From assembly GCF_009914755.1 (NCBI RefSeq), contig NC_060940.1: 64,000 nt of DNA. One strand, given 5' to 3'. Of the stretch, positions 1 to 13,200 are shown piece after piece. The stretch comes from the human T2T-CHM13v2.0 reference genome, Homo sapiens. Below the pieces are notes generated by a model. It searched no databases, was not told the DNA's origin, and was given only the letters and a program-made list of their open reading frames with translations. Both the position numbers and the translations under genes were made by a program. Position 1 is the stretch's first letter. Each line of letters opens with the position of its first letter.

Positions 1-300
1 CCATTCGATGATGATTCCATTCCATTCCATTCGATGATTCCGTTTGATTCCATTCGATGATTCCCTTCGATTCCTTTCTTTGATGATTCCATTCCATTCC
101 ATTCAATGATTCCATTCGAATCTATTCCATGATGATTCCTTTCGATTCCATTCGCTGATGTTTCCGTTCAATTCCATTCGATGATGATTCCATTCGATTC
201 CATTCATTGAGGATTCCATTTGATTCCATTCAATGATGATTCCGTTCTATTCCATTCAATGATTGCATTCAATTCCATTCAATGATTATCCCCTTAGAGT

Positions 301-3300
301 AAACTCAACGATTCCATTCAATACCATTCGATGATGATTCCTTTTGAGTCCATTCAATGATTTCATTCAAGTCCATTTGATGATTCCTTTCAATTCCATT
401 CTATGATGATTCCATTCGAGTCCATTCGATGATTCCATTCGATTGCATTCGATTATTCCATTATATTCCAGTCAATGATGATTCCATTCGAGTCCATTCG
501 ATGATTCCATTAGAGTACATTTAATGATTGCTTTGTTTTCAATTCGAAGATGATTACATTGGATTCCATTCTATGATACCATTCGATTCCATTCAATGAT
601 GATTCCACTCAAATCCATTGGATGATTCCATTCGTGTCCATTTGGTGATTTCATTAGATTCCATTCGAGGATGATTCCATTCGATTCCATTCGATGATTC
701 CATTCAATTCCATTCGATGAAGATTCCATTCCAGTCCATATGATCATTCCATTTGATTTCATTCGATGATGATTCCATTCGATTCCATTCGATGATTCCA
801 TTCTATTCCATTCGATGATGATTCCATTGGAGTCCATTCGATGATTGCATTCGAGTCCATTTAATGATTCCATTGGGTTCAATTCAATGATGATTACATT
901 GGATTCCGTTCTATGATTCCATTCAATTCCGTTCATTGACAATTTGATTCCATTCGATGATGATTCCGTTTGAGTTCATTCGATGATTCTATTCGATTCT
1001 CTTCGATGGTGATTCAATTCTATTATATTGGATGATTCCATTCGATTCCATTTGATGTTGATTCAATTCGATTCTATTCGATGATGATTCCATTGGATTT
1101 CACTTGATGATTCTATTCGATTCCATTCAATGATGATTCACTTCTCGTCCATTGGATGATTCCATTTCATTCCATTCGATGATGATTCCATTCGATTCCA
1201 TTCGATGATTCCATTTGATTCCATGCGACGGTGAGCAACTCGATTCAATTCCATGATGATTCTATTTGATTCAATTAGATGATGTTTCCATTCGAATCCA
1301 TTCCATGATTATTCCATTGGAATCCATTTGGTGATGATTCCATATGAGTCAATTCAATGATGATTCCATATCGGTCCGTTCGATGATAATTCCATTTGAT
1401 TTCATTCGATGCTTCTATTCTATTCCAGTCGATGATGATTCCGTTGGAGTCCATACGATGATTCCATTTGATTTCATTTGATGATGATTCCATTCGATGA
1501 TGATTACATTGGATTCCATTCTATGATTCCATTCAATTCCATTCGTTGATGATTCGATTCCATTCAATGATGATTCCATTTGAGTTCATTCGATGATTCT
1601 ATTCGATTCCGTTCGGTGGTGATTCAATTCTCTTATATTGGATGAATCCACTCGATTCCATTTGATGATTATTCCATTGGAGTCCACTTAGTGAATCCTT
1701 TAGATTCTACCTAAGATGATTCCATTCGAGTCCATTCAATGATACCATTCAATTTCATTCGTTGATGCTTCCATTCAAGTGCATTCGATGATATCATTCG
1801 ATTCCATTTGATGATAATTCCATTTGATTCCATGCGATGATTCTATTCGATTCCATTCAATGATAATTCCATTCAATTCAGTGATTCCTCTGAACTCCAT
1901 TTGATGATGATTCCATTCAATGATTCCATTCGATTCTATTCCAAAATGATTCCATTTGAATCCATTTGATGATGATTCCATTAGATTCCATTTGATGATT
2001 CCATTCGATTCCATTTGACGATGATTCCATTCGATTCCATTTGATGATTCCATTCTATTCTATTCGATGATGATTCCATTCGATTCCATTTGATGATGAT
2101 TGGATTCGATTCCATTTGATGATTTCATTTGATTCCATTCGTTAATGATTTCGATCAACTCCATTCGATGATTCCATTTGATTCCATTCGATAATGATTA
2201 CATCCGAGTCCATTCGATGATTCCATTTGAGCCCGTTCGATAATTCCATTTGAGTCCAATCAATGATTCCATTCATTTCCATTCAATGATTCCATTCGAG
2301 TCCATTTGATCATTCTGGTAGGGTCCGTTCGATGTTGATTCCATTGGAGTGCATTCGATGATTCCATTCGAGTCCATTTTATGATTTGATTCGAGTCCTT
2401 TCGATGATTCCATTCGATTCCACTCGATGATGATTTCATTCGAGTCCATTCGACACTTCCAATCGATTCCATTTGATGTTTCCATTCGAGTCCAATTGAT
2501 GATTCCATTCAATTCCATTCGATGATGATTCCGTACGATTCCATTCTGTGATGATTCCATGTGATTGCATTCAATGATGATTCCTTTCGATTGCATTCGA
2601 TTATGATTCATTTCGTGTTCATTCTATGGTTCCACAGGTTTCCATTCGATGACGTTTCCGTTCGTGTCCATTCCATTATTCCATTCTATTTCATTTGATG
2701 ATGATTCCATTCGATTCCATTCATTGGTGATTCCACTCAATTCCATTCAATGATTCCATTCCATTTCTTTCAACAATGATTCCATTAGTTTCTATTCGAT
2801 GATCCACTTGATTCCATTTGGCGATGATTCCATTCGTGTCCATTCGATGATTCCATTTGATTCCATATGATGATGATTCCATTCGATTCCATACCATGAT
2901 GATTCCATTCGAGTCCATTCAATGGTGATTCCATTCAATTCCATTCGATGATTCCTTCCGATTCCATTCGATGATGATGGCATTCGATTCCTTTCAATCA
3001 TTCCCTTTGATTCCATTCAAAGGTGATTTCATTCAAGTCCATTCGATAATTGCATTCGATTCCATTCTATGATGATTCCATTCGAGTCCATTTGATGATT
3101 CCATTCAATTCAAGTCAATGATGATTCCATTCGATTCCACTCGATGATTCCATTGGATTCCATTCGATGATGATTCCATTCAAATCCATTCGATAATTCA
3201 ATTCAAGTCCATTCGATGATGATTCCAATCGAATCCATTCAAAGATTCCATTCAATTCCATTCGATGATGATTCCCTTAGATTCCATTCGATGATTCCAC

Positions 3301-6300
3301 TTGATTCCATTTACGATGATTCCATTCGATTCCATGTGATGAATCCATTCAATTCTATTCAATGATGTTTCCATTTGATTCCATTGGACCATGATTGCCT
3401 TTGATTCCATTCAATGATTCCATTCGGTTCCATTTGATGATGATTCCGTTCGATTCCATTTCATTATTCCATTTGATTCCATTGGATGAGTCCATTCGAT
3501 TACATTCGATGATTATTCCATTCGAGTGCATTAGATGATTGCATTCGAGTCCATTCGATGATTCCATTCGATTCCATTCGATGTTGATTCTGTTCAAATC
3601 CATTCGATGATTCCACTCGATTCCATTCGATGACTCCATTTGATCCCATTCGATGATTTCCTGTGATTCCCTTTGATGATCATTCTATTTGATTCAATTC
3701 GGTGATTTCATTTCATTCCATTCAGTGATGTTTCCATTCGACTGTATTCGATGATGATTCCATTCGACTCCATTCGATTATGATTTCATTCAATTCCATT
3801 CAATAATGATTCCCTTCGAGTCCATTCGATGATTCCATTCGATTCCATTCAACGATGATTTGATTCGTTTCCATTCGATGATTCCATTTGATTCCACTTG
3901 ATGATGATTCCATTCGAGTCTATTTATGTATTATATTCGTGTCCACTTCATGATTCCATTCAATTCCATTTAATGTTGATTCCATTTGATTCCATTTGAT
4001 GATTCAGTTCGATTCCTTGCAATGATTCCCTACGATTCCTTTCTATGATGATTCCATTAGATTCCATTCATTGATGATTTCATTCGACTCCATTCGATGA
4101 TGATTCCTTTCGATTCCATTTGACGATGTTTCCATTCGAGTCCATTCGATGATGATTCTATTCAATTCTGTTCTATTATGATTCCATTCGATTTCATTCA
4201 ATGCTTCTATTTGATTCCATTCGATGATGATTCCATCTCTTTCCCTTCGATGATTCCATTTGATTCCATTCAGTGATGATTCCATTTGATTCCATCTGAT
4301 GATGATTTCACTTGATTCCTTTCAATGATGATTCAATTCAAGTCCATTCGATGATTCCATTGGAGTCCAAACGATCATTCCGTTCGATTCCATTCAATGG
4401 TGATTCCATTCATGTCCATTCGATGAATCCATTCAATTCCATTCGATGATGACTCCATTCGAGTACATTCGATGATTCCATTTGATTCCATTTGAAGATG
4501 ATTCCATTCAATTCCATTCGAAGATGATTCCATTCAATTCCATTCGATGATGATTCCGTATGAATCCATTCTCTGATTATTCCATTTGATTCCATTCATT
4601 GACGATTCCATTCAATTCCATTCAATGATGATTCTCTTCTATTCCATTCGATGATTCCGGTCGATTCCATTCGATGATGATTCCATTAGATTCCATTCGA
4701 TTGTTGCATTCGATTCCCTTCGATGATGATTCCTTTGAATTCCATTCGATTATCATTCCGTATGAATCCATTTGATGATTATTCCATTGGATTCCTTTCG
4801 ATGATGATTCCATTCGATTCCATTTGATGATGTTTCTCTTGTATTCCATTGGATAATTCCTTTCAGTTCCCTTCGATGATTATTCTTTCGAGTCAATTCG
4901 ATGATTCTATTCCATTCCCTTCGATGATGATTCCATTTCACTCCATTTGATGATTCCATTAGACTCAATTTTGTGATGATTCAATTCGATGACATTCGAT
5001 GACTCCATTCAATTTCATTTGATGATGATTACATTCGAGTCCATTTGATGATTGTATTCCTTTCCTTTTGATGATTATTCCATTCGTGTCTATTCAAAGA
5101 ATCCATTCTATTCCATTCAATGATGATTGCATTTGATTCCATTCAATGATTATGGCTATCGATTCCACTCGTTGATTCCATTTGATTCCGTTCGATGATT
5201 ATTCCGTTAGATTCCATTAGAAGATTCCATTCGATTTTATTCAATGATTCCAATGGATTCCATTCAATGATGATTCCATTCGACTCCATTCAGTGATTCC
5301 ATTCGAGTCCATTTGATGATTCCATTCTTTTCCATTTGATGATGATTCCATTAGGGTCCATTCAATGATTCCATTCGAGTCCATTCGTTAATGCCTTTCG
5401 AGTCCTTTTGATCACTACATTCGAGTCCATTCAATGATTCTATTCGATTTCATTCCATGATGATTCCATTCGAGTTCATTCGATGATTGCATTCGAGTCC
5501 ATTTGATGATTCCATATGATTCCATTCGTGTCCATTTGATGATTCCATTCATTTCCTATCGATGAAGATTCCATTCAAGGGTATTCGATGATTCCATTCA
5601 AATCCATTCGATGATGATTCCATTCCAGTCCATTCGATCATTCCACTTGATTCCATTTGATGACTATTCCATTCAAATCCATTTGATGATTCCATTCGAT
5701 TCCATTCGATGTTACCATTCGAGTATATACGATGATTCCACTCGATTCCATTTGATGATTATTCCATTGGAGTCCACTTAGTGAATCCTTTAGATTCTAC
5801 TCGAAGATGATTCCATTCGAGTCCATTCGATGATACCATTCAATTCCATTCGTTGATGCTTCCATTCAAGTGCATTCGATGATATCATTCGATTCCATTT
5901 GAGGATAATTCCATTTGATTCCATGCGATGATTCTATTCGATTCCATTCAATGATAATTCCATTCAATTCAGTGATTCCTCTGGACTCCATTTGATGATG
6001 ATTCCATTCAATGATTCCATTCGATTCTATTCGAAAATGATTCCATTTGAATCCATTTGATGATGATTCCATTGGATTCCATTTGATGATTCCATTCGAT
6101 TCCATTCGATGATGATTCCATTCGATTCCATTTGATGATTCCATTCTATTCTATTCGATGATGATTCCATTCGATTCCATTCGATGATGATTGGATTCGA
6201 TTCCATTTGATTCCATTCGATGATGATTTCGATCAATTCCATTCGATGATTCCATTCGATTCCATTCGATAATGATTACATCCGAGTCCATTCGATGATT

Positions 6301-9300
6301 CCATTTGAGCCCGTTCGATAATTCCATTTGAGTCCAATCAATGATTCCATTCATTTCCATTCAATGATTCCATTCGAGTCCATTTGATCATTCCGGTAGG
6401 GTCCGTTCGATGTTGATTCCATTGGAGTGCATTCGATGATTCCATTCGAGTCCATTTTAGGATTTGATTCGAGTCCTTTCGATGATTCCATTCGATTCCA
6501 CTCGATGATTTCATTCGAGTCCATTCGACACTTCCAATCGATTCCATTTGATGTTTCCATTCGATTCCAATTGATGATTCCATTCAATTCCATTCGATGA
6601 TGATTCCGTACGATTCCATTCTGTGATGATTCCATGTGATTGCAATCAATGATGATTCCTTTCGATTGCATTCGATTATGATTCATTTCGTGTTCATTCT
6701 ATGGTTCCACAGGTTTCCATTCGATGATGTTTCCATTCGTTTCCATTCCATTATTAGATTCTATTCCATTTGAAGATGATTCCATTCGATTCCATTCATT
6801 GGTGATTCCACTCAATTCCATTCAATGATTCCATTCCATTTCTTTCAACAATGATTCCATTAGTTTCTAATCGATGATCCACTTGATTCCATTTGACGAT
6901 GATTCCATTCGTGTCCATTCGATGATTCCATTTGATTCCATATGATGATGATTCCATTCGATTCCATACGATGATGATTCCATTCGAGTCCATTCAATGG
7001 TGATTCCATTCAATTCCATTCGATGATTCCTTTCGATTCCATTCCATGATGATGGCATTCGATTCCTTTCGATCATTCCCTTTGATTCCATTCAAATGTG
7101 ATTTCATTCAAGTCCATTCGATAATTGCATTCGATTCCATTCTATGATGATTCCATTCGAGTCCATTTGATGATTCCATTCAATTCAAGTCAATGATGAT
7201 TCCATTCGATTCCACTCGATGATTCCATTGGATTCCATTCGATGATGATTCCATTCAAATCCATTCGATAATTCAATTCAAGTCCATTCGATGATGATTC
7301 CAATCGAATCCATTCAAAGATTCCACTCAATTCCATTCGATGATGATTCCCTTAGATTCCATTCGATGATTCCACTTGATTCCATTTACGATGATTCCAT
7401 TCGATTCCATGTGATGATTCCATTCAATTCTATTCAATGATGTTTCCACTTGATTCCATTCGAACATGATTGCCTTTGATTCCATTCAATGATTCCATAC
7501 GGTTCCATTTGATGATGATTCCATTCGAGTGCATTAGATGATTCCATTCGAGTCCATTCGATGATTCCATTCGATTCCACTCGATGTTGATTCTGTTCAA
7601 ATCCATTCGATGATTCCACTCGATTCCATTCGATGACTCCATTTGATCCCATTCGATGATTTCCTTTGATTCCCTTTGATGATCATTCCATTTGATTCAA
7701 TTCGGTGATTTCATTTGATTCCATTCAGTGATGTTTCCATTCAACTCCTTTCGATGATGATTCCATTCGACTCCATTCGATTATGATTTCATTCAATTCC
7801 ATTCGATAATGATTCCCTTCAAGTCCATTCGATGATTCCATTCGATTCCATTCAACGATGATTTGATTCGTGTCCATTCGATGATTCCATTTGATTCCAT
7901 TTGATGATGATTCCATTCGAGTCCCTTTCATGATTCCATTCAATTCCATTCTCCGATGATTTCTTTTGAGCCCATTCAATGCTTCCACTCGATTCCATAT
8001 GATGATGACTCCATTTGATGAAATTCCATGATGATTCCATTCGCTTGCATTCGATGATGATTCCACTTGAGTCCGTTAGAAGATTCTATTCAATTACATT
8101 CCATGACGATTCTGTTCGAGTCCATTTGATGATTCCATTAGACTCCATTCGACGATGATTCCATTCGATGTTATTCGATGATGATTCCATTCAACTCCAT
8201 TCGATGTTTCCATTCGAGTTCATTCTATTATTCCATTAGATTCCATTCGATGATGATTCCATTCGATTCCATTTGATGATTGCATTCTATTTCATTTGAT
8301 GATGATTCCATTCGAGTCCATTCGATGATTCCATTCGAGTCCATTTAATGAATCCATTGGTTTCAATTCTATGATGATTACATTGGATTCCATACGTTGA
8401 TGATTTCATTCGATTCCATTCAATGATGATTCCATTCAATTCCATTCAATGATTCCATTCAATTCCATACGATGATGATTCCATTTGATTTGATTCGACA
8501 GTGAGCCATTCGATTCAATTCCATGATGATTCTATTTGATTCAATTGGTTGACATTTCCATTCGATTCCATTCGATGATGATTCCATTTGATTCCATTCA
8601 AAGATGATTCCATTCTAGCCCATTCAATCATTCCATTCGATTCTATTCAATGATGATTCCATTCATGTCGATTTGGTGATTCCATTTGACTTCATTTGAT
8701 GATGATTCCTTTCAAGTTCATTAGATGATTCCATTCGATTCCATTTGATGATGATCCCATTCGAGTCCATTCAGTGATTCCACTCGTTTCCATTCCATGA
8801 TGATTCCATTCCATTCCATTCAATGATTCCATTCGATTCCCTTTGATGATGATTTCATTCGAGTCCATTTGATGATTCCATTTGATTCCATTCGATGATG
8901 ATTACATTCGAGTCCATACGATGATTCCACTCAATTCCATATGATGATGATTCCATTCGATTCCATTCGATGATTCCATTCTATTCTATTCAATGGTGAT
9001 TCCATTCGAGTACATTAGATGATTCCATTCGATTCCATTCAATGATGATTCTATTTGTGTCCCTTAGATGGTTCCACATGATTCCATTTCATGATGATAC
9101 TATTTGAGCCCATCCAATGATTCCCTTCGATTCTATTCGATGAGGATTCCATTCGATTCAATTCATTGGTGATTCTATTCAATTCAATTCTTTGATTCCA
9201 TTCCATTCCATTCGACAATGATTCCATTCGATTTCTTTCGATGATTCCACTCGATTCCACTTGACATTGATTCCATTCGATTCCATTCAATGATTCCGTT

Positions 9301-10230
9301 TGATTCCAGTGGATGATGATTGCCATCGATTCCATTCGATCACTCCATTCTATTCCATTTGATGATGATTACATTCGATTCCATTTGATGATTCCATCTG
9401 ATTCTATTCGAGGATTCCATTTGATTCCATTCGATGATGATTCCATTCGAGTGCATTCGATGATTTCATTCGAGTACATCCAATGATTCCATTCGACTCC
9501 ATTTGATGATTCCATTTAATTCCATTTGATTATGATTCTACTAGAGTCCATTCAATGACTCCATTCGAATCCATTCAACAATTCCATTCGAGACCATTCG
9601 ATGATTCCATTTGATGATTCCATTCGAGTCCATTTAATCATTACAGTCGAGTCCATTTGGTGATTCCACTGGATTTCTTTTGATAATGATACCATTCAAT
9701 TACATTTGATGATGATCCCATTCAATTTCATTTGATGGTGATTCCATTAGAGTCCATTCGATGATTTCATTTGAGTCCCTTCATTGATTCCATCCGATTT
9801 CATTTGATGATGACTCCATTCGAGTCCATTCGATGATTCCACTCGATTCCTTTAGATGATTTCATTGGAGTCCATTTGATTGTTCCATTCGATTCTATTC
9901 GATTCCTTTCGAAGATTATTCCGTTTGAGTCTATTCGATGATGATTCCATTCCATTCCATTCGATGATTCCGTTTGATTCCATTCGATGATTCCCTTCGA
10001 TTCCTTTCTTTGATGATTCCATTCCATTCCATTCAATGATTCCATTCGAATCTATTCCATGATGATTCCTTTCGATTCCATTCGCTGATGTTTCCGTTCA
10101 ATTCCATTCGATGATGATTCCATTCGATTCCATTCATTGAGGATTCCATTTGATTCCATTCAATGATGATTCCATTCTATTCCATTCAATGATTGCATTC
10201 AATTCCATTCAATGATTATCCCATTAGAGT
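301..10230 (+). repeat. Variant 9,930-bp higher-order unit (rearranged 6.1-kb-type unit with an internal duplication, an inserted block and several deletions)
   Basis: Landmark AAACTCAACG at 301 and 10231. ORF-track pairs 571/10501 (offset 9930) and 1775/11706. Internal repeats at offsets 4075-4091 (1775/5866, 2721/6796, 3355/7430; CGTACG at 2532 and 6607). Confidence 0.85.
502..512 (-). promoter_or_regulatory. Representative DUX4-type motif match (TAATGGAATCA), recurring through the array
   Basis: The + strand reads TGATTCCATTA, whose reverse complement TAATGGAATCA fits the TAAYBBAATCA consensus. Also seen at 1973, 26881, 26930 and elsewhere. This is a motif match only; binding is not shown. 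Confidence 0.35.
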
Positions 10231-13200
10231 AAACTCAACGATTCCATTCAATACCATTCGATGATGATTCCTTTTGAGTCCATTCAATGATTTCATTCAA
10301 GTCCATTTGATGATTCCTTTCAATTCCATTCTATGATGATTCCATTCGAGTCCATTCGATGATTCCATTCGATTGCATTCGATGATTCCATTATATTCCA
10401 TTCAACAATGATTCCATTCGAGTCCATTCCATGATTCCATTAGAGTACATTTAATGATTGCTTTGTTTTCAATTCGAAGATGATTACATTGGATTCCATT
10501 CTATGATACCATTCGATTCCATTCAATGATGATTCCACTCAAATCCATTGGATGATTCCATTCGTGTCCATTCGGTGATTTCATTAGATTCCATTCGAGG
10601 ATGATTCCATTCGATTCCATTCGATGATTCCATTCAATTCCATTCGATGATGATTCCATTCCAGTCCATATGATCATTCCATTTGATTTCATTCGATGAT
10701 GATTCCATTCGATTCCATTCGATGATTCCATTCTATTCCATTCGATGATGATTCCATTCGAGTCCATTCGATGATTCCATTCGAGTCCATTTAATGATTC
10801 CATTGGGTTCAATTCAATGACGATTACATTGGATTCCGTTCTATGATTCCATTCAATTCCGTTCATTGACAATTTGATTCCATTCGATGATGATTCCATT
10901 TGAGTTCATTCGATGATTCTATTCGATTCTCTTCGATGGTGATTCAATTCTATTATATTGGATGATTCCATTCGATTCCATTTGATGTTGATTCAATTCG
11001 ATTCTATTCGATGATGATTCCATTGGATTTCACTTGATGATTCTATTCGATTCCATTCAATGATGATTCACTTCTCGTCCATTGGATGATTCCATTTCAT
11101 TCCATTCGATGATGATTCCATTCGATTCCATTCGATGATTCCATTTGATTCCATGCGTCGGTGAGCAATTCGATTCAATTCCATGATGAATCTATTTGAT
11201 TCAATTAGATGATGTTTCCATTCGAATCCATTCCATGATTATTCCATTGGAATCCATTCGGCGATGATTCCATATGAGTCAATTCAATGATGATTCCATA
11301 TGGGTCCGTTCGATGATAATTCCATTTGATTTCATTCGGTGCTTCTATTCAATTCCAGTCGATGATGATTCCGTTGGAGTCCATACGATGATTCCATTTG
11401 ATTTCATTTGATGATGATTCCATTCGATGATGATTACATTGGATTCCATTCTATGATTCCATTCAATTCCATTCGTTGATGATTCGATTCCATTCAATGA
11501 TGATTCCATTTGAGTTCATTCGATGATTCTATTCGATTCCGTTCGATGGTGATTCAATTCTCTTATATTGGATGATTCCACTCGATTCCATTTGATGATA
11601 ATTCCATTGGAGTCCACTTAGTGAATCCTTTAGATTCTACTCGAAGATGATTCAATTCGAGTCCATTCGATGATACCATTCAATTCCATTCGTTGATGCT
11701 TCCATTCAAGTGCATTCGATGATATCATTCGGTTCCATTTGATGATAATTCCATTTGATTCCATGCGATGATTCTATTCGATTCCATTCAATGATAATTC
11801 CATTCAATTCAGTGATTCCTCTGGACTCCATTTGATGATGATTCCATTCAATGATTCCATTCGATTCTATTCCAAAATGATTCCATTTGAATCCATTTGA
11901 TGATGATTCCATTAGATTCCATTTGATGATTCCATTCGATTCTATTTGACGATGATTCCATTCGATTCCATTTGATGATTCCATTCTATTCTATTCGATG
12001 ATGATTCCATTCGATTCCATTCGATGATGATTGGATTCGATTCCATTTGATGATTTCATTTGATTCCATTCGTTAATGATTTCGATCAATTCCATTCGAT
12101 GATTCCATTCGATTCGATTCGATAATGATTACATCCGAGTCCATTCGGTGATTCCATTTGAGCCTGTTCGATAATTCCATTTGAGTCCAACCAATGATTC
12201 CATTCATTTCCATTCAATGATTCCGTTCGAGTCCATTTGATCATTCCGGTATTGTCCATTCGATGTTGATTCCATTGGAGTGCATTCGATGATTCCATTC
12301 GAGTCCATTTTATGATTTGATTCGAGTCCTTTCGATGATTCCATTCGATTCCACTCGATGATGATTTCATTCGAGTCCATTCGACACTTCCAATCGATTC
12401 CATTTGATGTTTCCATTCGAGTCCAATTGATGATTCCATTCAATTCCATTCGATGATGATTCCGTACGATTCCATTCTGTGATGATTCCATGTGATTGCA
12501 TTCAATGATGATTCCTTTCGATTGCATTCGATTATGATTCATTTCGTGTTCATTCTATGGTTCCACAGGTTTCCATTCGTGTCCATTCCATTATTCCATT
12601 CTATTCCATTTGATGATGATTCCATTCGATTCCATTCATTGGTGATTCCACTCAATTCCATTCAATGATTCCATTCCATTTCTTTCAACAATGATTCCAT
12701 TAGTTTCTAATCGATGATCCACTTGATTCCATTTGACGACGATTCCATTCTTGTCCATTCGATGATTCCATTTGATTGCATATGATGATGATTCCATTCG
12801 ATTCCATACGATGATGATTCCATTCGAGTCCATTCAATGGTGATTCCATTCAATTCCATTCGATGATTCCTTTCGATTCCATTCGATGATGATGGCATTC
12901 GATTCCTTTCAATCATTCCCTTTGATTCCATTCAAAGGTGATTTCATTCAAGTCCATTCGATAATTGCATTCGATTCCATTCTATGATGATTCCATTCGA
13001 GTCCATTTGATGATTCCATTCAATTCAAGTCAATGATGATTCCATTCGATTCCATTCGATGATTCCATTGGATTCCATTCGATGATGATTCCATTCAAAT
13101 CCATTCGATAATTCAATTCAAGTCCATTCGATGATGATTAAAATCGAATCCATTCAAAGATTCCATTCAGTTCCATTCGATGATTCCCTTAGATTCCATT

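Noticed and set aside
3920-5740. Possible mobile element flanked by long direct repeats
   Set aside because: Both the insert and its flanks are HSat2. I saw no terminal inverted repeats, LTR features, poly(A) tail or coding capacity, and unequal exchange explains it better.
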